NCBI GenBank assembly: GCA_964631415.1
Contig: CAZVZC010000001.1
Span: 68,638-132,637, forward strand
Source of the DNA: an uncultured archaeon
Lineage (GTDB): Archaea; Asgardarchaeota; Thorarchaeia; Thorarchaeales; Thorarchaeaceae
DNA: 64,000 nt
Direction of reading: 5' to 3'
Position numbers and translations under genes: made by a program. A model generated the notes under the pieces. That model searched no databases. It saw only the letters and a list, made by a program, of their open reading frames with translations, and was not told the origin of the DNA. Within the stretch, counting starts at the first letter, position 1, and each line of letters begins with the position of its first letter. Shown one piece after another: positions 1 to 9,180 of this stretch.

Positions 1-1092
1 CTCAGAAACATGCTGCCCGCTGAGATAGTCGAAACATTCACTCACACTGTCCAAGAGGCCGAGGACAAGCTGGTTCAGACGCTAGGCTTGAACCCGAAGG
101 AAGCAGACTGGGTGACAGGGGTAATCGGTGAGGAGATAACTCTGCCTGTCAAAATGGTGACGGTCAGCATAAACGAACTCGAGGACAGGTTGAGACGGAT
201 TCTGGCCGAGCGCAAGTTCAAGCTGATGAAGAAGTTCGCTGGTCAGCTTGACAAGCTGAAGACCGTCGTGACTGACGCAGTTCAGACCCTTCTGGAGTTC
301 GACCTTTTTCTTGCTGTCGGGTTGTTTGCATGTGACTACGAGCTTCAGACCCCTGACATATCCGGGGACTACAATGGAGTGGGAGTTCAGGGCGCGCGCA
401 ATCTCTTCCTTGTCGAAAACATGTTGAAGGGAAGACATGGACCAGTCCAGCCGATTGACTATGCCATTGGAGAAACCCCGTTTAGACCAAAAGGCACCAA
501 CGGCGAGAACTGCGCTGTTCTCTCCGGAGCCAATAGTGGTGGAAAGACAACGACAATACAGACTCTTGCTCAAGTAGCGACTTTGGCACAGACAGGTCTG
601 CCTGTTCCTGCGAGGAAGGCATACGTCAAGGTGTTCGAAGAGATATACTTCTTCTACAAGAGCCGAGGTGTGGTCAGTGCAGGTGCGTTTGAAACCACTT
701 TGAAGCAGTTTGCAGACATTGTGGTTTCTGACAAGTCTAAGCTGGCTCTGTTTGATGAAATCGAAGCAATCACAGAGCCCGGCAGCGCGGCGAATGTGAT
801 AGCCGGGCTGATTGAGATCCTGCAGCGGGACCCCAAGAGTTGCACTGTTATCTGCAGCCATTTGGCCCGTGAGATAAAAGAGGTCACCAATGTGCCAGTG
901 AGGATAGACGGCATAGAGGCCCGAGGTCTCGATGAGAGCCTCGAACTGATAGTGGACAGAACTCCCCGGTTCGGTGTGATTGCGCGGAGCACACCCGAGC
1001 TGATTGTCGAACGACTTGCCAAGCTCTCCAAGGGTGAGAGGAAGGACGTCTACCTGAAGATTCTCGACAAACTGGGTAGAGCACATTCATAG
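1..1092 (+). CDS. MutS-family ATPase (archaeal MutS2/MutS5-like), 5' end outside the window
   Basis: Walker A SGANSGGKTT, GAFE motif, Walker B LFDEIE, CSHL; the frame is open from position 1. Confidence 0.85.
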   Translation, partial: LRNMLPAEIVETFTHTVQEAEDKLVQTLGLNPKEADWVTGVIGEEITLPVKMVTVSINELEDRLRRILAERKFKLMKKFAGQLDKLKTVVTDAVQTLLEFDLFLAVGLFACDYELQTPDISGDYNGVGVQGARNLFLVENMLKGRHGPVQPIDYAIGETPFRPKGTNGENCAVLSGANSGGKTTTIQTLAQVATLAQTGLPVPARKAYVKVFEEIYFFYKSRGVVSAGAFETTLKQFADIVVSDKSKLALFDEIEAITEPGSAANVIAGLIEILQRDPKSCTVICSHLAREIKEVTNVPVRIDGIEARGLDESLELIVDRTPRFGVIARSTPELIVERLAKLSKGERKDVYLKILDKLGRAHS

Positions 1093-1139
1093 TGTTTCTG
1101 TGGCGTATGCTCATCTTTACCTAGCAGGGAGGATATACA

Positions 1140-1712
1140 TTGAAGCATGTCTTGGTGTTCGGTGACACTCATATTCCGAAGCGCCGGGACTCCATACCCC
1201 CAGCTTTCTTTGAACACATTCGTACGAGCAATTACGACTTGGCCCTCATCACAGGTGATCTCGTGCGGGAGAGTGACATGAGAAAGGCGATGCCTCTGTT
1301 GCCCCACTGCGTCATAGTTCGTGGCAACATGGACCTAGAAATGAAATACAATCTGCAGGAATTGGTCCAGATTGACGACTTCCGCATTCTTCTGCTCCAC
1401 GGCACTGAAGTAGACCCACGCGGGGATCTTGCCCAGCTTGGGGAGATTGCTCGTGAGGGCAATGCCGATGTTACTGTCCACGGTCATACACATGAAGAAG
1501 CGATAGACCTGCTTGAGGGAAGGCTGTTCCTGAATCCGGGAACGATCTCAGGCTCTACAGGCGGCTGGGCGGGACGAGTAGATGCGAGTTTCATGGAGCT
1601 TGTCGTATCACCCGGTCACATGGGGGTTACTCTCTATCACACAGACTGGATCGAAACTAGAGAATCGGAAACTGCCTATCTCAAGACCAGCAAAGGAGTA
1701 TCCAAGGCATGA
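1140..1712 (+). CDS. YfcE/MJ0936/Vps29-family metallophosphoesterase
   Basis: Motifs GDTHIP, TGDL, RGNMD, HG, HGHTH, NPGT, ASF. Confidence 0.9.
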   Translation: MKHVLVFGDTHIPKRRDSIPPAFFEHIRTSNYDLALITGDLVRESDMRKAMPLLPHCVIVRGNMDLEMKYNLQELVQIDDFRILLLHGTEVDPRGDLAQLGEIAREGNADVTVHGHTHEEAIDLLEGRLFLNPGTISGSTGGWAGRVDASFMELVVSPGHMGVTLYHTDWIETRESETAYLKTSKGVSKA

Positions 1713-1723
1713 ATGAAACTCGG

Positions 1724-2371
1724 CTACTCTTCATCGCTCTTCTCGGTATTCAATCCCCAAGGATCAGGACTCAACAGACCCGTGAATAGCCGTTTGAGCA
1801 CGTTCACACTCTCAGCCAGTGCTGCACTAATGACTTTTTCATTGAGCACACCTGTTTCAGCTGTTCCGGAACCCAAGTTCTGTGTAAGAGGCGCGTCATA
1901 TCGTGCACGTGAGGAGGAACCGGCAGTCTTTGTCACTGGACTTAGTGACTTGGCCGCCTGCTCTATCTCCTCCACTGGGGAAACGTCACGGCTGAATCTG
2001 AGCCGCTTGAAGAAGTACATGAGGGTCTGTTTGACCGCTGACCCTGTCAAGGACTCATCTCCAAGCTTCGATACTAGGTTCAATGCCCCGTGTTTCAGTT
2101 GTTCCCCTACGATGGTCTGTATCCTTTCCGCAAACGTCCGGTCCCTACCGCAGGCTATACCAATGGCAATCAGGAGCATTCGTATTCTGTCAAGAAAGAC
2201 ACCCGAATCAGGGGCTGTGTTCGTGTGTCCCCTCATGGATGCGCGCCAGTCATCGTATGCCTGACTTATTCTCTCAAGCTGGTTTCTGTATCCAGTAAGC
2301 TTCTGGAGGTCCTCGAATGGTATCAACGGACACCATACCGGAGCGGAGTCGCGATTAGGTTCGGGGGCCAT
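1724..2371 (-). CDS. hypothetical protein (mostly helical)
   Basis: 215-aa ATG ORF with protein-like composition; no recognised motif. Confidence 0.7.
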   Translation of the reverse strand: MAPEPNRDSAPVWCPLIPFEDLQKLTGYRNQLERISQAYDDWRASMRGHTNTAPDSGVFLDRIRMLLIAIGIACGRDRTFAERIQTIVGEQLKHGALNLVSKLGDESLTGSAVKQTLMYFFKRLRFSRDVSPVEEIEQAAKSLSPVTKTAGSSSRARYDAPLTQNLGSGTAETGVLNEKVISAALAESVNVLKRLFTGLLSPDPWGLNTEKSDEE

Positions 2372-2602
2372 AGGGATGTTCGGTATGGTCGAGCATTATG
2401 AGTCTTTGGCGTACGTTGCTCCTTTCTGTTCATGAGCGTAGTTCCTTGGTGCATGAATCAGTTTGCGTTAGCTGAATCTTTTCTAATCATGTGGATACTC
2501 AACTGGCACCGATGAACATGAGAAAGGAAACCATGACAAAGGAGGTCGTGAGCATCCTCGGCGAAGGTAAGTGTTCTCTTGGACAGAGAGAAGAGAGAAT
2601 AG

Positions 2603-2708
2603 TGGCGCCGCCGAGAGGGCTCGAACCTCTGACCAACAACTGTCTGGCGTTCGCTTTGATTAGCAGAACGGTAACAGGCTGTCGCTCTGCCGACTGAGCC
2701 ACGGCGGC
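2603..2708 (-). tRNA. tRNA-Asn(GTT) with 30-nt intron at 37/38 (2642-2671), encoded CCA
   Basis: Acceptor GCCGCCG/CGGCGGC, D-arm GCTC-AGTCGGCA-GAGC, anticodon arm ACAGC-CTGTTA|A-GTTGT, T-arm AGAGG-TTCGAGC-CCTCT; intron pairs CGTTC/GAACG (relaxed BHB). Confidence 0.92.
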
Positions 2709-2814
2709 CTTCTTGCGAGGTCCTGACCACGGTCACACAATATTAAGATTGCTGTCTAGTTCGATAGGCTGGGTCCAGCTTTGAGCTGGCAACCGGTTAC
2801 TCCTCTGCGTGAAC

Positions 2815-3570
2815 TCAAGCGAACAGGTTATCGAGCAGCATCATCACGACAAAGCCGATCATCAGACCCACAGTGGCGGCTCTCTCAAAGCCTCCAGCGT
2901 GACTCTCAGGAATCATCTCATCACTCACGACAAAGACCATTGCTCCAGCCGCAAACGCCAGTCCGTACGGGAGCAGAAATGCAGAGAGTGTGACAACTGA
3001 CACTCCAATCAAGCCTCCAATGGGCTCGACAAGGCCCGTAAGCAGTGCATAGGTCGCTGCTCTCCACTTGGAGTACCCCTCTCTCACGAGTGGCATGGCT
3101 ACTGCAAGACCCTCAGGCACGTTTTGCAGACCGATAGCAGTCGCGAGTGACATGGCAGTCCCAATGTTCTGTGAGCCGAAGGCCACACCGACAGCAAGCC
3201 CCTCTGGGAAATTGTGGATAGTTATTGCAAGAACTAGCAGCCATGTACGAGACATGGTTGAGGAAGGCCCCTCAAGTCGTCTGTTCGGGTGTTCATGCGG
3301 GACGTACATATCGGCCAAGTGCACGAACAGTCCTCCCAGCAAGAAACCTGTTGCAGCAACGTAGACTCCCCCGGTGTCCATTGCTGGAATGAGAAGACTG
3401 AACGATGAAGCGGCGAGCATAACCCCTGCTGCGAGTCCCAGCATGAGATCAAGTGTCCTTCTGCTGAAACTCCTGCCAAGCAGAATGGGGATGGCACCTA
3501 ATCCTGTCGCCGCACCTGCGAGAAGGCTGCCTAGGAAGCCATTTGATATCACATCGGACAAGAACTGCAT
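2815..3570 (-). CDS. zupT: ZIP-family metal transporter (ZupT/GufA)
   Basis: Multi-TM protein with HNFPEGLA and QNVPEGLA motifs; start placed at ATG 3570 because the longer ORF overlaps a tRNA. Confidence 0.92.
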   Translation of the reverse strand: MQFLSDVISNGFLGSLLAGAATGLGAIPILLGRSFSRRTLDLMLGLAAGVMLAASSFSLLIPAMDTGGVYVAATGFLLGGLFVHLADMYVPHEHPNRRLEGPSSTMSRTWLLVLAITIHNFPEGLAVGVAFGSQNIGTAMSLATAIGLQNVPEGLAVAMPLVREGYSKWRAATYALLTGLVEPIGGLIGVSVVTLSAFLLPYGLAFAAGAMVFVVSDEMIPESHAGGFERAATVGLMIGFVVMMLLDNLFA

Positions 3571-3612
3571 GGCTGTTCTCCGCTCGTCGCTGCAAACCGT
3601 CAAGGAGTATAA

Positions 3613-3630
3613 GACAGTTGTCCAACTGTC
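3613..3630. promoter_or_regulatory. perfect inverted repeat GACAGTTG-TC-CAACTGTC next to a TATA-like element upstream of zupT
   Basis: 8-bp arms read directly; minus-strand TTATAC at 3607-3612 lies immediately downstream of the repeat. Confidence 0.5.
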
Positions 3631-3641
3631 ATAGTGGGTTG

Positions 3642-3747
3642 TGGTGGGCCCGGGGGGACTTGAACCCTCGGCGGGCAGGTTATGAGCCTGCTGCTTACGG
3701 CGCTCGCTCAAAGGCGAGTGAACTCTACCAAGCTGAGCTACGGGCCC
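3642..3747 (-). tRNA. tRNA with CAT anticodon, probably tRNA-Ile2 (agmatidine type), with about 29-nt D-arm intron (about 22/23; 3696-3724), encoded CCA
   Basis: Acceptor GGGCCCG/CGGGCCC (Ile-type), anticodon arm GCAGG-CTCATAA-CCTGC, T-loop TTCAAGT; removing the insert restores GCTC-AGCTTGGTA-GAGC. Confidence 0.88.
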
Positions 3748-3985
3748 CTGTCGCTAGCGGTTCGGCAGACAATTGCCGCTGCAATCGTGATATTAACGTT
3801 ACGAAAGTGGGCGCCTGGCTGACCGGTCTGGATGCTGCTTCAGTCTGCCCTGTGCCGTGTCTTGCGTGCGGTGCAGGCCATACGCAATGAGGATTGCATA
3901 ATCTCTGGCGCGAACTCCGCCTGTCTTGTTCCGACTTTATATGAATGAGTCAACACTATGAGAAAAGCCGACTCTGGTAACTCGA

Positions 3986-4447
3986 ATGATTCTCCTATTC
4001 ACCTCCGAACATTGCACCATGTGTGACATGGTCAAAGACATGCTGGAAGAAGAGAAGGGTACTCTGTGCGATGGCACCACTATATACGAGGTGAACGTGG
4101 AGAAGCACCATCACATTGCAGAGGTCTATGGTGTTGTGATGGTGCCCACGCTTGTAGCGGGCTCTAGTGTGCTTTCAGGTATACCGTGTCCGAACGAACT
4201 GAGGTCGTTTCTTCTCCAAGCTGCCATTGGCAGTCATTTCTACGATGAAGACGAAGAGGTGGGATCTGTCTTGATTCCAGTGATTCATCTGCAACAGGTG
4301 AAGCCCTCTTCGAAGGCTGGCAACGCTCGCAAGATACCGAAGCCAAGACGCACGCCGGCCGCAGACCAACACGGAAGTCTAGCAGAAACTACAATTCTCG
4401 AAGAGTCCGAAGAGCAGGAGCCGCCAGAGCCTACGCTCCGCCACTGA
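3986..4447 (+). CDS. thioredoxin/glutaredoxin-family protein with charged C-terminal tail
   Basis: FTSEHCTMC (CxxC) and VMVPTL cis-Pro motif. Confidence 0.8.
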   Translation: MILLFTSEHCTMCDMVKDMLEEEKGTLCDGTTIYEVNVEKHHHIAEVYGVVMVPTLVAGSSVLSGIPCPNELRSFLLQAAIGSHFYDEDEEVGSVLIPVIHLQQVKPSSKAGNARKIPKPRRTPAADQHGSLAETTILEESEEQEPPEPTLRH

Positions 4448-4475
4448 GTGGTACTGCTGTCATTTCTGCATAACC

Positions 4476-4482
4476 TTAATAA
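4476..4482 (+). promoter_or_regulatory. probable TATA box of tRNA-Glu
   Basis: TTAATAA about 28 nt upstream of the mature tRNA 5' end. Confidence 0.45.
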
Positions 4483-4509
4483 CCGCTTCAAGAAGTCCGG
4501 TGCGTCTGG

Positions 4510-4618
4510 GCCCCGGTGGTGTAGTCCGGTCCAGCATCGCGGACTTTCGATCCGCAAACCCGGGTTCAAAAGAGGTTATGATTCTCCATCTCTCCTGAGA
4601 TTCCCGGCCGGGGCACCA
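4510..4618 (+). tRNA. tRNA-Glu(TTC) with about 31-nt T-loop intron (about 59/60; 4571-4601), encoded CCA
   Basis: Acceptor GCCCCGG/CCGGGGC, anticodon arm GCGGA-CTTTCGA-TCCGC, T-stem CCGGG/CCCGG interrupted after TTCAAA; TTCA/TGAG central helix with AAA and ATT bulges. Confidence 0.9.
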
Positions 4619-4650
4619 ATGTCTTCTGGGAAACGACGTGGTGCTCTGTA

Positions 4651-5508
4651 TCAAGCAAGTGTCAGACTCATACTGAAGTCGGACGATGTATATGAGTGCG
4701 TTAGCGCACCTGATGATATCACGTCGGCTCCGCTCTTCGCAAACGTTCTTGCGTTGCTTTCATCGATTCCTCCGGACGCCTCCAGAATCACTCTCGTGCG
4801 TAGTCCTCTCTGAGTGAGGACACTGTGTACGTTCTCAATGTCCTTAGGAGTGAAATTGTCAAGAAGGACTATGTCCGCACCTGTTTCAACGGCTTGAATC
4901 GCCTCTTGTAGGTTCCTGACTTCGCAGGAAATCTTCTTCGTGAATGACACGCGTTCTCTTGCTGCACGTACCGCTTGGGCGACACCCCCTACAACCGCGA
5001 CATGGTTGTTCTTGATGATTACCATATCGTCGAGCGCGTAGCGGTGTGGGTCTCCGCCTCCCACTTCAACGGCACGCTTCTCGAAGTACCTGAAGCCCGG
5101 CGTGGTCTTTCGAGTTGCTGCCACAATGATCTTTGGATTCTCCTTCCTTGCAGACTGTACCATGTTGTACGTTGCTGTGGCAATGCCGCTCATACGCATG
5201 ACTATGTTGAGCACTACTCTCTCCACGGCCAACAAGGTCTTTGCAGGTCCTTTGAAACGAATCACAGGTTCCCTTGGTCCAACCCAGTTTCCCTCGAAGG
5301 CCAAGACTTCACAGGTGATTCCGTATAGGTCTGCGATTGCAGCAGCCTCTTCGACACCAGCAAGAATAGTCCTGCTCTTGGCGATGATTGTAGCGATGCC
5401 TGTCGCACTCAAAGGCCCCAATGCTTCAGTGGTTATGTCCCCGGACCTGATGTCCTCCTCCAAGAACGTCTTCAGCTTCTCAATGATGGCAGGAGGAAGT
5501 CCTTTCAT
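4651..5508 (-). CDS. nadC: nicotinate-nucleotide pyrophosphorylase (quinolinate phosphoribosyltransferase)
   Basis: TRKTTPG, HR, IKNNH, LLDN, EASGGI motifs. Confidence 0.95.
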   Translation of the reverse strand: MKGLPPAIIEKLKTFLEEDIRSGDITTEALGPLSATGIATIIAKSRTILAGVEEAAAIADLYGITCEVLAFEGNWVGPREPVIRFKGPAKTLLAVERVVLNIVMRMSGIATATYNMVQSARKENPKIIVAATRKTTPGFRYFEKRAVEVGGGDPHRYALDDMVIIKNNHVAVVGGVAQAVRAARERVSFTKKISCEVRNLQEAIQAVETGADIVLLDNFTPKDIENVHSVLTQRGLRTRVILEASGGIDESNARTFAKSGADVISSGALTHSYTSSDFSMSLTLA

Positions 5509-5524
5509 TCTTAGTCCTCCATTG

Positions 5525-6154
5525 TCATACTCTTGGGTGCTGCGGATTCCTCACCACATTGCCACGCGGCTTTTCTTCTCCGAAGATCTCAGCTTGGAAC
5601 GACATGAATTCAGTCTTGGGGTCCAACCACATGTTGGCGGGAAGACCTGCCTTGTTGCACGTCTGCTCTAGGAACTCCTTGACGCCCCATCCCCACTCCA
5701 CTGGCACTTGAGGTAGGAGCAGCCCTTTTCTTCCTCCTCTGCTCACTATGAGACCGTCACGGCCGATTTCAACAAGATCTAGGAGGCCTGTTGGGTCTGA
5801 GTACTTCATCTTCTGTGGAGGGGTCAGGATGCTCAGTTCGACCAGTATTGAGTTGAACTCTTTCACAGAAACCGGACTGAAGCGGAAGTCATTGGACGCA
5901 GCATCCACCGCCGAATCAATCGTGGCCTCGACAAGTGGTTGAGATGGGTACGGGCGGCCGATGCATCCTCTCAGCGTTACACTGTCGCCCCGAGTCGCAT
6001 TCAGAGTCACAAAGACACCCGATTCCTTCCTTAGGTGACTTGGGGTGTCAGCAGGCATATCAACCTTCTTTCGAAGCCGCACGTAGTCTTCAACAGCCTG
6101 TCTGGCGAGCTTGACAAGGAATACCCCGTCAGCGTCCGAGTACACGTGTGACAT
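5525..6154 (-). CDS. AMMECR1-domain protein (TIGR00296-like)
   Basis: GVFVT, LRGCIG, GLLLPQV, KAGL. Confidence 0.92.
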   Translation of the reverse strand: MSHVYSDADGVFLVKLARQAVEDYVRLRKKVDMPADTPSHLRKESGVFVTLNATRGDSVTLRGCIGRPYPSQPLVEATIDSAVDAASNDFRFSPVSVKEFNSILVELSILTPPQKMKYSDPTGLLDLVEIGRDGLIVSRGGRKGLLLPQVPVEWGWGVKEFLEQTCNKAGLPANMWLDPKTEFMSFQAEIFGEEKPRGNVVRNPQHPRV

Positions 6155-6212
6155 GTGGCATCAACTCGATGTGTCACTGGTAGCTTGGTATGCCGTTATC
6201 CTTTTCGCATTC

Positions 6213-7529
6213 TCATCTCGTAGCTTTGACGGGGACTCTTCCAGCCGTCCCTTGACCCACCATGAATTTCCCGTAGCTATACACGAGTTCGCCACCCACG
6301 AAGGTCATGACAGGGCGGGCCAGCACCCGTCGTCCTTCGAATGGGGTGATCTTGGCCTTTGACTGGAAGTCTGCACCGCGAATGACAGTATCCTCTCTCT
6401 GGACTACCGTAATGTCGGCGTCATAGTCCTTTGTGAGCACTCCCTTGTTACCGATTCGTAGTACCCATGCAGGAGCAGAGCAACAGCATCTCAAGTAGTC
6501 CACCCAAGACAACCGACCATCAAACACCTCTGTCAACATGAGTGGCACGAGTGTTTCCAGCCCTGGTATGCCTGAGGCAGCCTTCAGAAACGGTGCAAGC
6601 TTCTCCTGCTCGGTGTGGGGCGCATGGTCGGACACTACACAGTCAATCGAGCATTGACCACAGAGAGCATGTCTAAGCCACTCATTGTCCTGACGTGTAC
6701 GAAGTGGGGGGAGCACTTTCGCAGTGCCGTCTGAATCTATGAAGTCACTACCCGCCAAGAGCAGATGGTGGGGGGTCACCTCCGCTGTCAAGCTCTTCTC
6801 AGCCCTGTGCTCTCCTATCAGTCGGGCCGAGCTTTCACAGCTAACGTGACAGACATGCAGACGTCCTCCAATCTCAGAATGAGCACTTAGGAACTGCTTT
6901 ATTGACTTGACCTCACTATCGCAACTGTGAAGGGCGAGAAAGTCATTCAGGTCTTCGGATGCAGCACCAGGCTTGGAGGAGTCAGGATGGAATAGCAGTG
7001 GTAAATCCAGTTCGAAGCAGATTCTCATACAGTCGAGGGCTCGCTGGTGGCCAGTTCGCGTTCCCTGTACGAGTGGGGAATGAGGGTATTCCTTTACACC
7101 GAGTATGTTTGGGGTAATGGACGCATCGAAGTCCGCAGCCTTCTTTGGCACACCTGCATAGAAGCCGACATTGACAAAGCGTTTCTCTTGTGCGCTAGTG
7201 ATTTTCTCCTCAAGCACTCTCAATGTGAGGACTGGTGGATCAGAGTTTGGCATGTCGACGACAGTCGTTACGCCGCCTGCAGCGGCGGCCCTAGTCCCAG
7301 TCATATAGTCCTCCTTATTGGACTGCCCCAAGTCACGTAGATGCACGTGGATGTCGATTGCTCCGGGGAGGACGTATAGACCGCTGCAGTCGACTGTCTC
7401 ATGAGCGTCGGGCTCACTGCCGACCACATATAGCCCGTCGATTTTGCCTGCCTTGACGCCAAGCGAACGTGTCGTTTCCTTTCCGTCAACTATGACAGTC
7501 CCATTTTTCAGGAGAAGGTCTACAGACAT
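6213..7529 (-). CDS. pyrC: dihydroorotase-family amidohydrolase
   Basis: PGAIDIHVHLR, GGVTTVVDMPN, PPLR, SDHAPH. Confidence 0.85.
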   Translation of the reverse strand: MSVDLLLKNGTVIVDGKETTRSLGVKAGKIDGLYVVGSEPDAHETVDCSGLYVLPGAIDIHVHLRDLGQSNKEDYMTGTRAAAAGGVTTVVDMPNSDPPVLTLRVLEEKITSAQEKRFVNVGFYAGVPKKAADFDASITPNILGVKEYPHSPLVQGTRTGHQRALDCMRICFELDLPLLFHPDSSKPGAASEDLNDFLALHSCDSEVKSIKQFLSAHSEIGGRLHVCHVSCESSARLIGEHRAEKSLTAEVTPHHLLLAGSDFIDSDGTAKVLPPLRTRQDNEWLRHALCGQCSIDCVVSDHAPHTEQEKLAPFLKAASGIPGLETLVPLMLTEVFDGRLSWVDYLRCCCSAPAWVLRIGNKGVLTKDYDADITVVQREDTVIRGADFQSKAKITPFEGRRVLARPVMTFVGGELVYSYGKFMVGQGTAGRVPVKATR

Positions 7530-7571
7530 CTGCGGTGGACGCCACCCCTGTATTGTACGGAATGAACCACG

Positions 7572-8396
7572 TTAAGTCCGCTTCGGCGGCGCCGGGACTT
7601 TGAACTTGTTCGCCACAAACCGCGTGAAATCCGTCGCACCGACTATACCGACGAGCTTGTTGCCCTTAGTGACGACTGGCAGCGTGTTCAGGTAAGCCTC
7701 AAGCATCCTCGTGGCCGCTTTGCCAATTGGCTCCTCAGGGTCTGCCACGGGCGGCTGCTGCATCATAGCATCTACCACTCGAATCATTCTGACTTGGTTC
7801 GCACGGTATTTGTCTGGCACTTCCACACTGAATCTGGCCAGCGCCTGTGCCACTGTCTTCTCAGTGAGGAGACCAAGGACACGGTCCTTCTCTGTGACAG
7901 GCATCCCAGAATAGCCAGCTGTAAGCATGTCCGAGCGAGCTCTTATGAGTCGTTCCACTGGTCCGACAGTCAAAAGCCCCTCCTTTGTCATGAGCTCCTT
8001 GACCTTCACATTCTCAATCTTCTTGACAAGTGCAGAAATCTCAGCCTTTGTTATCACACCGACCAGCTTGCCCTCCTTGTCAATCACTGGACATCCACTC
8101 ATGCCCCTATCTACCATCAGTTGCGCCACATCTGTGATATCGTCTGTCGGCGATACAGTGATCACAGTTTCAGTCATTGCGCTTGACACATGGAGTCTTC
8201 CGATGGAAACAGCTACGACCTTGCTCACTCCGAGTCGATCGGCAATGTCTGCATAGGTGAGAATCCCCCTCAGTTCGTTGCCTTCAGTCACAATCAACCT
8301 GTCAACGCGTTTCTTCTCAAGGAGATCGAGGGCATTAGACAGTCTCTGGTCTTTTGCAATAGTCACTGGTTCAGTCATTATCTGAGATACTTCCAC
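7572..8396 (-). CDS. CBS-domain protein (four CBS repeats)
   Basis: Repeated IMT..V / PV / LVGIIT..D patterns. Confidence 0.9.
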   Translation of the reverse strand: MEVSQIMTEPVTIAKDQRLSNALDLLEKKRVDRLIVTEGNELRGILTYADIADRLGVSKVVAVSIGRLHVSSAMTETVITVSPTDDITDVAQLMVDRGMSGCPVIDKEGKLVGVITKAEISALVKKIENVKVKELMTKEGLLTVGPVERLIRARSDMLTAGYSGMPVTEKDRVLGLLTEKTVAQALARFSVEVPDKYRANQVRMIRVVDAMMQQPPVADPEEPIGKAATRMLEAYLNTLPVVTKGNKLVGIVGATDFTRFVANKFKVPAPPKRT

Positions 8397-8455
8397 TACA
8401 TGGGCCTCCTACGTAATGCTTGGGTGCGCACGTTACGTGGCACTGTTAAACCAAC

Positions 8456-9022
8456 TCAGCTACGGCATGCTTCGCAGAGGTATCGACCATCCTCCATGAC
8501 CAAGTCCGTTGAGTACTCGCCACAGTTGTCGCACATGCCTCCATAGGCCACCAGTTCGTCCTCCTCTTCATCGAACGGTCTTTGCATGCCGTCTGCCTTC
8601 ATTCTGAGCGACTCAACTAGGATGTCAATCAGCTCTGGTGACCACCGGAGGATGTCTCGCGAAGTCACAATGCCTACGAGGGAGTCGTTCTTGAGTACAG
8701 CGACTCGGCGAATCCCGCTTCTTGCCATGACACGCATGGCCTCGGTCAGAGAAGTGTCCATTGTGACATGAATGAGTGGCGAACTCATGATCTGACTCGA
8801 CTTAGTCGTTCGGGGGTCCAGCTCCCTTGCTATCACCCTGCGCACAAGATCTTCTTCAGTAATGATGCCTACTGGTCGTTCCCTGCTCACCACAATGACT
8901 GAGCTGATATCTGCCTTGTTCATTGCCTTGGCAACATCAAGGGCAGTCGCGTCAGGTGCTATCGTGACTACTTGAGAAGTCATGATGTCCCTCACGGACA
9001 TATCGTGCGAGGATCCAGCCAT
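8456..9022 (-). CDS. CBS-pair protein with C-terminal zinc ribbon
   Basis: Two CBS repeats followed by CDNC...LCEAC. Confidence 0.9.
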   Translation of the reverse strand: MAGSSHDMSVRDIMTSQVVTIAPDATALDVAKAMNKADISSVIVVSRERPVGIITEEDLVRRVIARELDPRTTKSSQIMSSPLIHVTMDTSLTEAMRVMARSGIRRVAVLKNDSLVGIVTSRDILRWSPELIDILVESLRMKADGMQRPFDEEEDELVAYGGMCDNCGEYSTDLVMEDGRYLCEACRS

Positions 9023-9180
9023 AGAAGCGACCTCAGTTCATCAGGAAGTTGGTCCGACACTCTGGGTCAGAGAGCTTCTCTGAGCTACCCTCCGGCCCAA
9101 CTTATTAAATCTGTCTGTATAAATGACCTGCAACAGGGCTGAGCCTTCAACACCACTCAGCACTCGCAGTCTTGCCTGTT

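Noticed and set aside
82-1086. 334-aa antisense ORF, and similar shadow ORFs at 16180-17271 and 46444-47241
   Set aside because: They lie opposite well-supported genes and have no motifs; they reflect codon bias
3571-3711. N-terminal extension of the ZIP transporter in the ORF track
   Set aside because: Overlaps the tRNA gene and the likely promoter
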